DNA from: Parvibaculum sp.
GTDB lineage: Bacteria; Pseudomonadota; Alphaproteobacteria; Parvibaculales; Parvibaculaceae
Direction: 5' to 3'
NCBI GenBank assembly: GCA_002695905.1
Contig: NZQM01000204.1
Coordinates: forward strand, 830-64,829
Length of the DNA stretch: 64,000 nucleotides
In this document: positions 1-9,598 of the stretch, piece by piece
Numbering within the stretch: position 1 is the stretch's first letter
Layout of the letters: each line of letters begins with the position of its first letter
The notes under the pieces: generated by a model
Seen by the model: the letters and a program-made list of their open reading frames with translations, nothing else
The model's database searches: none
Told to the model about the DNA's origin: nothing
Made by a program: the position numbers and the translations under genes

Positions 1-1017
1 GATCCGGTTCACCCGAACGACCATGTGAACATGAGCCAGTCGTCAAACGACACATACCCAACGGCCATGCATATCGCCTGCGCAGAGCGCATCGTTCGCG
101 GCCTTATCCCATCTCTCAAACACCTGCATCAAGCGCTTGTCGCCAAGCAGAAGGCGTTCGATCACATCATCAAGATCGGCCGGACTCACACCCAAGATGC
201 GACACCCCTGACGCTTGGGCAAGAATTCTCCGGCTATGCAGCACAGGTGGCATCTGCCATTGAGCGGATCGAACTGACCCTTCCTGGTCTCCTGCAATTG
301 GCACAAGGTGGAACGGCTGTGGGCACCGGCCTCAATGCACCCATCGGCTTTGCTGAAAAAGTAGCCGACAATGTCGCAAACATTACGGGTCTGCCTTTCA
401 TCACCGCGCCAAACAAGTTTGAAAGCCTCGCCGCACACGACGCCATGGTCTTCTCGCACGGCGCGATCAATGCAGCGGGCGCTGCCCTCTTCAAGATCGC
501 CAATGATATACGCCTGTTGGGCTCCGGGCCCCGCTCAGGTCTCGGCGAGTTGGCACTTCCTGAAAATGAGCCAGGCTCATCCATCATGCCAGGCAAAGTA
601 AACCCGACGCAGTGTGAAGCGCTGACCCAGGTTTGTGCCCATGTTGCTGGCAACAATGCGGCGCTCACCTTCGCTGGCAGCCAGGGTCACTTTGAACTCA
701 ACGTCTACAACCCTATGATGGCCTACAACTTCCTACAGTCCGTTCAGTTGCTCGGAGATGCCGCAGTAAGCTTCACCGACAATTGTGTCGTAGGCATCGA
801 AGCACGTGAGGATAATATCAAGGCAGCACTCGAGCGCTCGCTCATGCTCGTCACCGCACTCGCCCCCACCATTGGCTACGACAATGCAGCGAAGATCGCG
901 AAGACCGCTCACAAAAACGGAACCACCCTTCGTGAAGAAGCCGTGGGCGGTGGTTATGTCACCGAAGAAGAATTCGACGCTGTCGTGCGTCCGGAAGATA
1001 TGATCGGACCGAAGTAA
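1..1017 (+). CDS. fumC: Class II fumarate hydratase, C-terminal part (5' end outside window)
   Basis: Frame is open from base 1 ([18 protein letters not shown]...). Fumarate-lyase signature [16 protein letters not shown] is present. Stop at 1015-1017. Confidence 0.95.
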   Translation, partial: DPVHPNDHVNMSQSSNDTYPTAMHIACAERIVRGLIPSLKHLHQALVAKQKAFDHIIKIGRTHTQDATPLTLGQEFSGYAAQVASAIERIELTLPGLLQLAQGGTAVGTGLNAPIGFAEKVADNVANITGLPFITAPNKFESLAAHDAMVFSHGAINAAGAALFKIANDIRLLGSGPRSGLGELALPENEPGSSIMPGKVNPTQCEALTQVCAHVAGNNAALTFAGSQGHFELNVYNPMMAYNFLQSVQLLGDAAVSFTDNCVVGIEAREDNIKAALERSLMLVTALAPTIGYDNAAKIAKTAHKNGTTLREEAVGGGYVTEEEFDAVVRPEDMIGPK

Positions 1018-1029
1018 GACAGCACGCCC

Positions 1030-1266
1030 ATGTCAGCCCAGATCAAACGATCCATCACCATTTCCGGCCATCGCACGTCAATCACTCTGGAGCGGCCGTT
1101 CTGGGATGAATTGAAAGAGATCGCCTGCCGGAAAAAAGTGTCGGTCACCGAGCTTGTCCGCCAGATAGACTCACGCAGAGACGCATCCGGATCACTGACA
1201 AGCGCTATTCGGGTCTTCATTCTTGAGCAGCTGAAAAAGCAGCGATCCGACCTTCGCCAGGGCTAG
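1030..1266 (+). CDS. Small ribbon-helix-helix (RHH_4-type) protein
   Basis: 78-aa ORF 12 nt after fumC. The pattern SITISGHRTSITLERPFWDELKEIA...SLTSAIRVFIL matches, from memory, the small RHH proteins conserved in alphaproteobacteria. Confidence 0.6.
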   Translation: MSAQIKRSITISGHRTSITLERPFWDELKEIACRKKVSVTELVRQIDSRRDASGSLTSAIRVFILEQLKKQRSDLRQG

Positions 1267-4200
1267 TTTGTTGGACGCTCAACAGGCGTCGGAGCCCCCG
1301 AACCCGGATCTTCCTGTAAAGCCCGGTCTTCAACGATCCCTTCAAGCGGCACATCCAACTCAGATCCCGCATCTGGCCCAACAATAAGATCGCGAAGTTC
1401 GTCTGGCAGGTCTTCGATCCCTGCCTCTTCAATGTCGCGAACCAATAGCGTCTGCGCCACAGCCTGTTGGATGGCCAAACTATCATTTCGACGCTCCAGT
1501 GCTTGGAAGGGCCCGGCGAGTACCATCGTCATCGGCGGCAACGGTTTGGCGCCGGTCAAAGTGACATCTGTTTCCACATCGGCTTCCAAGCGCACCAGAT
1601 CAGCAAGCGCCGTGACGTCCAGGCCGTTCGCACCTGAAACCTCCACCTCGTTGGGCACATATTTCAGAATGCCTTCGTCGATTGAGAAATCCCCCTCCAT
1701 CCGACTGTAACTAGTGCGACCATTATTGAGGTGCACAACCGCAACGGCATCAAAATCATCCATTGTCGACAAACCCTCTAAGGCCGTCCGGAACGCTTCA
1801 AGGTCAAAGCCGCGAAGCTCACCTTCTGTGATCGCGAGAGATCCTTTACCTGACAGAGTCGACACCAATCCAAGGAGACTGCGGCCCTGCCCTTCCAGCT
1901 GCAGACTCGCCGTTGCCTCACCGCTGGCCAACGCCTCGCCGAAGAACATTTCTGAGGCACGATCAACAGATATGTTTTCTGCGGCCAGCGTCAGTCCCAA
2001 GCCTGGCACACCATCACCTCCTTCAAAGCGAGCCCCCATGGTTAAGCGACCAGAGGCCAGTTCAGCTGTGACAGGCGTGAAGGACAGGACGCCATCGGCC
2101 AACGTCCCCTTTGCAGCAATGTCCTCCAGAACAAGGTCTGCAACACTGGCTTTTGAAACAGCAAGGGCCAGCGTCCCCTTCGCATCAGCGAGCGCTGACC
2201 AATCCAACGGATCGGCGGCCCAGGGATCAACCCCATCCGCAACAAACAAAGGATCAAGCGAGACTGAGCCGAGGTTGATATTTGCCTCAAAGGACGGAAT
2301 TGTTCCACCAAATTCCATTGCGCCACCGCCGGACACCCTGAAGGCACCCGCTATGCCTTCGACTTCACTCAGCCCAATACGATCAGATGCCCACTCCAAT
2401 CCACCACCGGCAACAAATGCGCCGTCCCGCGCATTCGCCGATATGAGATCAACAACCCCACCGTGCCAACCGGCAACCTGGCTTGCAAAACCAAATGTCG
2501 GCGCTGACATTTCGAACCGACCGTTGAACTGCGGCGCCTCAAAAAGCGCATTCGTTTTACCGGTGAGCAACCCGGTAAAACCGCCTGCAGCAAATCGTAG
2601 ACTGGTATCAAGCGAGCCTTCAGACTGGCCGGAAACCTGCACACGTAAGCGCCCGGCTCCGTCTACCGGCGCCGTCGGCACAACACCAAATTGATCCAGC
2701 AGGATCTGCGCAGTTCGATTTTCCAATGTGAGGACAAGATCCAGCTTATCTGCTGCAGGTGATGACTGAACGCGCTGTTGATTTGCAACCAGAGAAACGG
2801 AAGAACCCTCTACCTCACCGGACATCTCAAGGGACGCCACGTGACCTGCATCCGTCACCTCACCCCGCAGCACATAAGCGAGCACGCTCCCATCGGCCGA
2901 AGGAGCCGCCACATCGAGCAGCAAGCCGCCTAACGATAGTGCGAGCCCTGCATTAATTGTCCCCTCCAGACCACCCGTGGCGAAAGGCCCAATGTTGGAA
3001 ACGGTACCCACTGCTGAAATTTCATCCGTTCCGTCAAGTACGGCAGAAAACCGCTCGACAGACAAAACGCCATCGGAAAGAGAAGCGGAGACATCAACAT
3101 CTGTCAGGTCGGCAGCCGCCAACATGAGTTCATCAAACCCGAGGATCACATTCGCGTCGAACGACGAGGGGTCCATATTTTCATAGACGTTCTGCACATT
3201 CAGAAAACCGTCAAACCATGAAACATCCATGGACGCGCCGCGCAGTTCAACACTCAGAGCGGGACGCCCACGCAGCGCGAAGGAAAGCCCGCCAGTGACA
3301 GGCAGGGTGACTTTGCCATCCTCCACGCCCGCAACCATTGAAAGGGAATAGGCCTGCAGAAGCGACGGCTGTAGGGCCAGTTCCGTCTGAAGACGAAGGG
3401 ACTGAAAATCAACGTCCTTGGCGCGAGTTGCCAGCGGTTCTGATTGAGTCAACTCACTTGCCCAACGTGCCAGGGCAGATGGGTTGCCAACGTTAGCTTC
3501 CAGAGACCCATCAAAACGTGGCGTGCCCTGTGCAATGCTAAATATCCCTTTGACCTCTGTTGTTGTATCACCTGGAAATTCAGCGGACAGGGAGTCAAAC
3601 AGCAACGCGCCTTCCTCAATACGAACATCTGCTTGCACATTGGATGTACGAGCCGCACCGAAGCTAAGATCTACAACACGCAGATCAAGCGCACCGATAA
3701 GTGCTTCAGGAATTCGGAGGGTTTCAACAGGAAGGGCGGCAGCGTGGAAGCTTTCCAACATCTGGTCGACAGCAAGGCGCGCTCCTGAAAGATTCGCAGC
3801 AATATTGGGGTCACCTTCAAGACCAACTTCCGCCGCCCCCTTAAAGGTTGCATCCGCAAGAGAGAGTTCTACGTCGCGGAGCGAAATGGCCTCACTATTG
3901 CCAACAAAGCCCGCCGTCATTTGCAGGAAGGGCGAGACTTCTCCTTCAGATTCTATCTGCCCGAGACGAAACTCAAATGTGCCGTCAAGGCGCGCCGACA
4001 TGGTCGCATCGGTTGAAAGCCCTGAAAAGGAACTGGTCCAACCATGGTCGGGCGCAGCCAGATCGATATTTACAGGGAATGCCCGGTCACCACCGAAAGC
4101 ACCCATACTAAAAGACAATTCGTATGGTGCGCTGTCATACTCAAACTCCCCATCAAATCGCAGAGGTCCCACGAGAGAGGTGGCAATCAGCTCACCGTTT

Positions 4201-4718
4201 ACATTTAAAAGACGAGTCGTTTCGTTAGAAATGGCGTTGGTGAATAAAACCGCACCATTCTCAAACACCATGGAGTCGAGACTGACGGCTTGAGGATCAA
4301 TGGAGGCATCAAGCGTACTAACGCCATTACTGGCCCAGTTAATTTTTCCATCCTCATTGCGATTGACATGTGCGGTAAAATCTAGCGCGCGAATCCGCAC
4401 AATATCAATCTCAGCGCGCAGCAATGGCGCGAGGGCAACCTCACCTTCCAACGTACCAATGCGTGCAAGGGGCACATCGGCTCTGTCACCACCGATCGAC
4501 AATTCCCGTAGGCTAAACCGGGGTGCCGGCAGTATTACGAAATTGATGTCTCCACCGATTGTGACATCTCGCCCAACAGTCTCCGAGATCTGAGACTCAA
4601 TCTCTGCGCGAAACGCATTCCAGTCGACAATGCTCGGCCCCACAAGTGCAGCGAACAAAACCAGAATGACAAAGCCCGCTATATAAGAAAGAACCGAATT
4701 CACTAATGTCCGCTCCAC
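1263..4718 (-). CDS. AsmA-family envelope biogenesis protein (about 1150 aa)
   Basis: Single N-terminal TM segment (VLSYIAGFVILVLFAALVG) followed by an AsmA-like start (DWNAFRAEIESQISETVGRDVTIGGDINFVILPAPRFSL). Long beta-rich, Gly/Ala/Ser-rich body. The first codon of the ORF is GTG, so the start is uncertain. Confidence 0.8.
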   Translation of the reverse strand: MERTLVNSVLSYIAGFVILVLFAALVGPSIVDWNAFRAEIESQISETVGRDVTIGGDINFVILPAPRFSLRELSIGGDRADVPLARIGTLEGEVALAPLLRAEIDIVRIRALDFTAHVNRNEDGKINWASNGVSTLDASIDPQAVSLDSMVFENGAVLFTNAISNETTRLLNVNGELIATSLVGPLRFDGEFEYDSAPYELSFSMGAFGGDRAFPVNIDLAAPDHGWTSSFSGLSTDATMSARLDGTFEFRLGQIESEGEVSPFLQMTAGFVGNSEAISLRDVELSLADATFKGAAEVGLEGDPNIAANLSGARLAVDQMLESFHAAALPVETLRIPEALIGALDLRVVDLSFGAARTSNVQADVRIEEGALLFDSLSAEFPGDTTTEVKGIFSIAQGTPRFDGSLEANVGNPSALARWASELTQSEPLATRAKDVDFQSLRLQTELALQPSLLQAYSLSMVAGVEDGKVTLPVTGGLSFALRGRPALSVELRGASMDVSWFDGFLNVQNVYENMDPSSFDANVILGFDELMLAAADLTDVDVSASLSDGVLSVERFSAVLDGTDEISAVGTVSNIGPFATGGLEGTINAGLALSLGGLLLDVAAPSADGSVLAYVLRGEVTDAGHVASLEMSGEVEGSSVSLVANQQRVQSSPAADKLDLVLTLENRTAQILLDQFGVVPTAPVDGAGRLRVQVSGQSEGSLDTSLRFAAGGFTGLLTGKTNALFEAPQFNGRFEMSAPTFGFASQVAGWHGGVVDLISANARDGAFVAGGGLEWASDRIGLSEVEGIAGAFRVSGGGAMEFGGTIPSFEANINLGSVSLDPLFVADGVDPWAADPLDWSALADAKGTLALAVSKASVADLVLEDIAAKGTLADGVLSFTPVTAELASGRLTMGARFEGGDGVPGLGLTLAAENISVDRASEMFFGEALASGEATASLQLEGQGRSLLGLVSTLSGKGSLAITEGELRGFDLEAFRTALEGLSTMDDFDAVAVVHLNNGRTSYSRMEGDFSIDEGILKYVPNEVEVSGANGLDVTALADLVRLEADVETDVTLTGAKPLPPMTMVLAGPFQALERRNDSLAIQQAVAQTLLVRDIEEAGIEDLPDELRDLIVGPDAGSELDVPLEGIVEDRALQEDPGSGAPTPVERPTN

Positions 4719-4823
4719 GCCCCCGAGACACCGTCATTTACCAGCGTCCTACTTGCTTTATTTTTGCTCTCATCGACACTGTTCCAAACCTGATGCCACG
4801 CAGAGCCGATTGGTAGACAAACT

Positions 4824-5066
4824 ATGGATTCTAAAGGCAAAAATATAGTCGATTTCGGGTCAGCACGAAAAAACCTGAAAAACAAAAAGAAGGCAGACCT
4901 GCGCGCTGCCAAAGAAAAACAGGCAGAAGAGAACCGAGTGAAGTTTGGGCGGACGAAAGCTGAAAAGAGCCGAGACAAACAAACCAAAGCACACAAGCAG
5001 AAACGGCACGATGGAAACAAGGTAGAACCCTTGTTTCCAGCCCCATCACAGGACCCAAAAGAATGA
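4824..5066 (+). CDS. Small basic protein, DUF4169-like
   Basis: 80-aa Lys/Arg/Glu-rich ORF. The block ENRVKFGRTKAEK after an N-terminal NIVDFGSARK matches my memory of DUF4169. Its TGA overlaps the next gene's ATG (ATGA at 5063-5066). Confidence 0.55.
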   Translation: MDSKGKNIVDFGSARKNLKNKKKADLRAAKEKQAEENRVKFGRTKAEKSRDKQTKAHKQKRHDGNKVEPLFPAPSQDPKE

Positions 5067-6238
5067 GTTTAACGACCTCCCCGACACCCGGTCCCTTTGC
5101 TGGCCTCAAAATTATTGATCTGACACGGGTTTTAGCCGGTCCTTATTGCACCATGCTATTGGCCGACTTTGGCGCTGATGTCATCAAAATAGAGGTACCC
5201 GAACGGGGAGATGATGCGAGGCATATCGGTCCATTCATTGAAGACAAATCGACCTACTTTATGTCCCTCAACCGGGGAAAACGCTCCATAGCCTTAAATC
5301 TGAAAGACGACGAAGACCGCGAAACCTTCGAAATACTTTTAGAAACAGCCGATGTCGTCGTGGAAAACTACCGCCCAGGCGCGTTTGACAAGCTGGGCTA
5401 TGATTGGGAGACGCTTCACAAAAGATATCCCTCCCTCATCCTTGCCTCTGCCAGCGGATTTGGTCAGACCGGCCCCTATAGCAAAAGACCTGCCTATGAC
5501 ATGGTCGTACAGGCCATGGGGGGCATTATGAGCCTGACGGGCCACGAGGGGGATCCACCGACCCGTGTAGGATCATCTATTGGGGACATCGGTGCCGGCC
5601 TCTTCACTGCCATAGGTGTCGCCTCTGCGCTCTATCATCGTGAAAAAACCGGCGAAGCCACCCGCATCGACGTCGCGATGCTGGATTGTCAGGTTGCCAT
5701 CCTCGAAAACGGGATCGCCCGCTATCTCGCCACCGGCCAGATACCTGGTCGTCTAGGGTCCAGACACCCGTCCATTGCCCCTTTCCAGGCTTTTGCGACC
5801 GCTGACCGCCACATCGTGATCGCTGCAGGGAATGACATTCTATTTGCCCGCATGGCAAAGGCCATCGGCGAGTTGGACCTCATTGATGATGACCGTTTCG
5901 CCGACAATGATTTGCGTCGGCACAATGTCGATGCCCTGTCTGAAGCAATGGAGAAAACGCTGAAAACGCAACCAGCTGACCATTGGCTTACTGTTCTTGA
6001 GGATGCGGGCATCCCAAGTGGTCCAATAAACAATGTCGAACAGGTTCTCCAAGACCCCCAGGTGATCGCGCGCAATATGGTCATCCAGGCAAACGATCCG
6101 GATATTGGCCCAATCAAGATGCCGGGAAATCCGATCAAATTTTCAGCCTTCCCTGACCCGTCAGAACGCGCCGCCGCGCCAGCCCTGGATGGTGACCGGG
6201 ATGCTATACTCTCTGAAGCAGACCTGCCAAAAGCTTGA
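5063..6238 (+). CDS. Family III CoA-transferase (CaiB/BaiF type)
   Basis: N-terminal GLKIIDLTRVLAGPYCTMLLADFGADVIKIE and overall length are typical of the family. Confidence 0.85.
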   Translation: MSLTTSPTPGPFAGLKIIDLTRVLAGPYCTMLLADFGADVIKIEVPERGDDARHIGPFIEDKSTYFMSLNRGKRSIALNLKDDEDRETFEILLETADVVVENYRPGAFDKLGYDWETLHKRYPSLILASASGFGQTGPYSKRPAYDMVVQAMGGIMSLTGHEGDPPTRVGSSIGDIGAGLFTAIGVASALYHREKTGEATRIDVAMLDCQVAILENGIARYLATGQIPGRLGSRHPSIAPFQAFATADRHIVIAAGNDILFARMAKAIGELDLIDDDRFADNDLRRHNVDALSEAMEKTLKTQPADHWLTVLEDAGIPSGPINNVEQVLQDPQVIARNMVIQANDPDIGPIKMPGNPIKFSAFPDPSERAAAPALDGDRDAILSEADLPKA

Positions 6239-6273
6239 TCCAAGACCTTGATAAAGCCATTTGCTCATCTTAT

Positions 6274-6302
6274 TTGACAGGACATGACTGACCAGTCAGT
6301 AT
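6274..6302 (+). promoter_or_regulatory. Candidate promoter/operator of the TetR gene
   Basis: TTGACA at 6274-6279, a 17-nt spacer, then CAGTAT at 6297-6302. The 6-2-6 palindrome ACTGAC-CA-GTCAGT (6287-6300) overlaps the spacer and the -10. It lies 26 nt upstream of the TetR ATG. Confidence 0.35.
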
Positions 6303-6325
6303 TTTCTGCAAGGACGGAGTAAACC

Positions 6326-6961
6326 ATGGGTCTCAAACTTGTCGAAACGTCATCCGAGCCAAAAACCATCAAGCGGAACAATGAACGTCCCAAGCAGATA
6401 TTAAGTGCCGCAGTCGAGCTTTTTCGGGATCGGGGGTTCGAAGCAACGCGGTTGGAAGACGTGGCCGACAAAGCAGGTGTCTCCAAGGCGACGATCTATC
6501 TTTATTTTGAGAGCAAAGAGGACCTGTTTTTCGCCCTAATCCGAGAAAAAGTCATCCCCATGCTTGAGCAAACGATTGCCCAGGCAGAAGCATTCGAAGG
6601 GCCGGCATCTGAATTCTTGAGGCTCAAGGCCCAGAGCGTCGGACGCCTTTTTTCCCATTCTGAACAGGGCGCCATTCTAAAGCTGGTTGTCGCAGAAGCC
6701 CGCCGTTTTCCAGACCTGACCGAATATTACCGGACCGAAGTCCCAGAGCGGGGATTGGAAAACATTGCCAAAATGATCCGCCGCGGCATTAATGAAGGAG
6801 AGTTTCGTGAATGCGACGCTAAGGCCGCTGCAACTGCCTTCATGTTCCCATTGCTGATGACCGGAATTTGGATGAACTCCGTGGGGCCCGATGAAATCAT
6901 CGACCCGGATGCAACCATTAATTTCCATTGCGAGAACTTCATCCGTGGATTGAGCATCTAA
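6326..6961 (+). CDS. TetR/AcrR-family transcriptional regulator
   Basis: N-terminal HTH region ILSAAVELFRDRGFEATRLEDVADKAGVSKATIYLYFESKEDLF. GGAG Shine-Dalgarno 6 nt upstream. Confidence 0.85.
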   Translation: MGLKLVETSSEPKTIKRNNERPKQILSAAVELFRDRGFEATRLEDVADKAGVSKATIYLYFESKEDLFFALIREKVIPMLEQTIAQAEAFEGPASEFLRLKAQSVGRLFSHSEQGAILKLVVAEARRFPDLTEYYRTEVPERGLENIAKMIRRGINEGEFRECDAKAAATAFMFPLLMTGIWMNSVGPDEIIDPDATINFHCENFIRGLSI

Positions 6962-7021
6962 AGGGCTTCACATTCCCGTGCGCACCAACAAGTCAGCTTG
7001 ACCCCTCTCTCCCTCCCTGCT

Positions 7022-7053
7022 CTGATCCGATCAGAAGGTTGCAATTTGCAACC
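7022..7053. promoter_or_regulatory. Two adjacent perfect palindromes upstream of the dehalogenase gene (candidate operator)
   Basis: CTGATC-C-GATCAG at 7022-7034 and GGTTGCAA-T-TTGCAACC at 7037-7053. They lie 31-62 nt upstream of the ATG at 7084. Confidence 0.4.
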
Positions 7054-7083
7054 CAAAATAGATCGGAAATTGGGGGATGACAC

Positions 7084-8073
7084 ATGGCACTGGATTTCGA
7101 ACTCACACGCCGGGGTATTTTGACGGCAGGTGCCGCGGCCAGTGCCGCCACCGCACTCCCTGCACATGCGAACGAAAAACCCATCAGTGCTGAGCCGCTC
7201 GCTTCAAAGCGCGCCAAGGCCCTCGATCTGGAAATGTCCTATGTCGAGATTGGGGAAGGCGATCCCATTCTCTTCCTCCATGGCAATCCAACATCCTCCT
7301 ACCTATGGCGAAACATCATGCCCTACGCAGCACCATTTGGCCGCTGCATCGCGCCAGACCTCATTGGCATGGGCGGGTCGGACAAACGTCCCTTGGTTGA
7401 GGGCGAAGACCCGGACGCCCGCTACGGGTTCTTTGAGCATCAGAAATATTTGGATGCTCTGCTGGAAAACCTCGGTGTGTCAGAAAACGTCACCCTGGTA
7501 ATTCACGATTGGGGATCAGCGCTTGGCTTCGATTGGGCCCGTCGCAACGAGGACAAGGTCAAAGGCATTTGTTTTATGGAGGGCTTCACAAGGCCCTTCT
7601 CCTATTCTGAGATGGATTGGTTTCCCTGGGTGATGTTCAAGTCATTCAAATCAGGTCTCGGCGATTGGCTAGTGCTTGAGCAAAACATGTTTGTGGAACA
7701 GGTCCTGCCTGCATCAGTACTGCGAGAGCTGAGCGAAGAAGAAATGAGCCACTACCGTGCGCCCTATTTGAATGCCGGTGAAGACAGGCGCCCCACCCTC
7801 ACTTGGCCCCGCGAAGTCCCCTTCGACGGTGAGCCGGAAGACACGCATGCCATAGTCGTCCAATTGTCAGAGTGGTTGCAGACCAACGACCTGCCCAAGC
7901 TATTTGTAAATGCAGAACCAGGCGCTTTGATCCAAGGCGAGGTGCGTGACTTCGTCCGAACCTGGAAGAACCAGGAGGAGATCACCGTGCGCGGCATTCA
8001 CTTCATTCAAGAAGACAGCCCCCACGAAATCGGCGCGGCACTCGAAAAATGGATACCAAAGGTGCAAGCCTAA
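7084..8073 (+). CDS. Haloalkane dehalogenase-type alpha/beta hydrolase (HLD-II-like) with a Tat signal peptide
   Basis: Motifs HGNPTSSYLWRNI, VIHDWGSALGF (nucleophile Asp plus Trp), CFMEG (acid Glu) and GIHFIQEDSPHEIG (His). N-terminus is TRRGILTAGAAASAATALPAHA|N. Confidence 0.85.
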   Translation: MALDFELTRRGILTAGAAASAATALPAHANEKPISAEPLASKRAKALDLEMSYVEIGEGDPILFLHGNPTSSYLWRNIMPYAAPFGRCIAPDLIGMGGSDKRPLVEGEDPDARYGFFEHQKYLDALLENLGVSENVTLVIHDWGSALGFDWARRNEDKVKGICFMEGFTRPFSYSEMDWFPWVMFKSFKSGLGDWLVLEQNMFVEQVLPASVLRELSEEEMSHYRAPYLNAGEDRRPTLTWPREVPFDGEPEDTHAIVVQLSEWLQTNDLPKLFVNAEPGALIQGEVRDFVRTWKNQEEITVRGIHFIQEDSPHEIGAALEKWIPKVQA

Positions 8074-8074
8074 G

Positions 8075-9478
8075 TCAGAGCGAAACGATCTTGCCAGGGT
8101 TGAGGATATTTTGCGGATCTAACGCCCGTTTGATGGTCCGCATCATATCAACGCCCTGACCGATCTCTTCTTCAAGAAAGGTCATCTTTCCAAGACCAAT
8201 CCCGTGCTCACCGGTACAGGTCCCTTCTAGCGCCAAGGCGCGACGCACCATGCGATCATGCAGCCGCCGCGCTTCTGCCATGTCCCGTCGGTTCTCTGGG
8301 TCGATCAACATAATCGTGTGAAAATTGCCGTCGCCTACATGACCGACAATCGGAGCTGTGAGGAACGAGGCGTCGAGATCCGCTTTCGTCTCCCGAAGGC
8401 ACCGAGCGAGATTGGAGATCGGCACACAAACATCTGTTGTCATGCCTTTTTTTCCCGGTTCCAAGGCCAGGGACGCGTAATAGGCATTGTGCCGAGCTTC
8501 CCAAAGCCGCGTCCGCTCTTCCGCGTTCGTGGTCCAGGTGAAGCCCCCACCTTGATACGCCGAGGCAATCGCTGCAAACCGTTCAGACTGCTCTTTAACA
8601 CTCGCATCGGTGCCGTGAAACTCCAGAAACAGCATCGGGCGCGGTGGCAGACCCAGGTTTGAATAGGCGTTGCAAGCAGCAACCTGCACCTCATCCAACA
8701 CTTCAATCCGCGCCACAGGTAAACCCGACTGAATAGTTTCAATCACCGCGTCGATCGCTCCATCAAGGCTCTCAAACGGACAGATACCACCTGCTATCGC
8801 TTCGGGAATTCCCTGCAACCGCAGCGTGAGTTCAGTAATAATCCCCAACGTCCCTTCCGAACCGACCAGCAAATGTGTCAGGTCATATCCGGCCGCAGAC
8901 TTACGGGCCCGCCCGCCTGTTGTGACGATCTCGCCAGTAGCGAGCACCGCAGTGACGCTCAACACGCTGTCCCGCATGGTGCCGTAGCGCACGGCATTCG
9001 TGCCCGACGCCCGCGTCGCCGCCATGCCTCCAAGGCTTGCATCTGCCCCAGGATCTATGGGGAAAAAGAGGCCGGTGTCCCGCAAATAGGTATTGAGCTG
9101 CTGGCGCGTCACACCCGGCTGAACACGGCAGTCTAAATCCGCCGCATGAACCTCAAGCACGTCATTCATTTGGGATAAATCGACGGTGACGCCACCGTGA
9201 ACCGCGCTCACCTGTCCCTCAAGGGACGTGCCGGTGCCAAACGCAATGACGGGCACCTGAGCAGCCGCACAAATCTTAACGATCTGCGCCACGTCCTCGG
9301 TCGAAGAGGCAAACGCCACCGCGTCCGGCGCCTGGGTTTCATGCCAGCTTTCGTCATGCCCGTGAGCATCCCGCACGGCAGCCCCCAGTTGAAGACGGTC
9401 GCCCAGCAAGTCCTGCAAATCAGAAACCACCCCCGCCAAACGGTCTTGATTCGTCTCTATCGTCAATCCGTCTTCCAT
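8075..9478 (-). CDS. FAD-linked oxidase, D-lactate dehydrogenase (cytochrome)/GlcD-like
   Basis: 467 aa with an FAD-binding PCMH-type N-domain (VIAFGTGTSLEG) and the C-terminal motif CTGEHGIGLGK. Confidence 0.8.
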   Translation of the reverse strand: MEDGLTIETNQDRLAGVVSDLQDLLGDRLQLGAAVRDAHGHDESWHETQAPDAVAFASSTEDVAQIVKICAAAQVPVIAFGTGTSLEGQVSAVHGGVTVDLSQMNDVLEVHAADLDCRVQPGVTRQQLNTYLRDTGLFFPIDPGADASLGGMAATRASGTNAVRYGTMRDSVLSVTAVLATGEIVTTGGRARKSAAGYDLTHLLVGSEGTLGIITELTLRLQGIPEAIAGGICPFESLDGAIDAVIETIQSGLPVARIEVLDEVQVAACNAYSNLGLPPRPMLFLEFHGTDASVKEQSERFAAIASAYQGGGFTWTTNAEERTRLWEARHNAYYASLALEPGKKGMTTDVCVPISNLARCLRETKADLDASFLTAPIVGHVGDGNFHTIMLIDPENRRDMAEARRLHDRMVRRALALEGTCTGEHGIGLGKMTFLEEEIGQGVDMMRTIKRALDPQNILNPGKIVSL

Positions 9479-9598
9479 CGCGTCACTTTAACACGGATTA
9501 TCTCGACAAACAGACCGGTTCCGGCCTTTGGCTTGGGTCGACACACAGGTTATGATCAAAAAAGCCCCATGTGTGGGCGTGACGGTAAGGAGTTGTCG

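Noticed and set aside
1714-2694. A 326-aa + strand ORF, plus several others at 1432-4593, inside asmA.
   Set aside because: They are antisense to a long gene with clear AsmA features. The translations are Ser/Pro/Ala/Arg-rich low-complexity sequence typical of off-frame reading of GC-rich DNA.
9197-9598. An N-terminal 134-codon extension of the thioesterase ORF.
   Set aside because: It overlaps the dld-like gene on the opposite strand and has no homology-like sequence. A strong TAAGGAG-ATG at 9599 begins the conserved hotdog domain.
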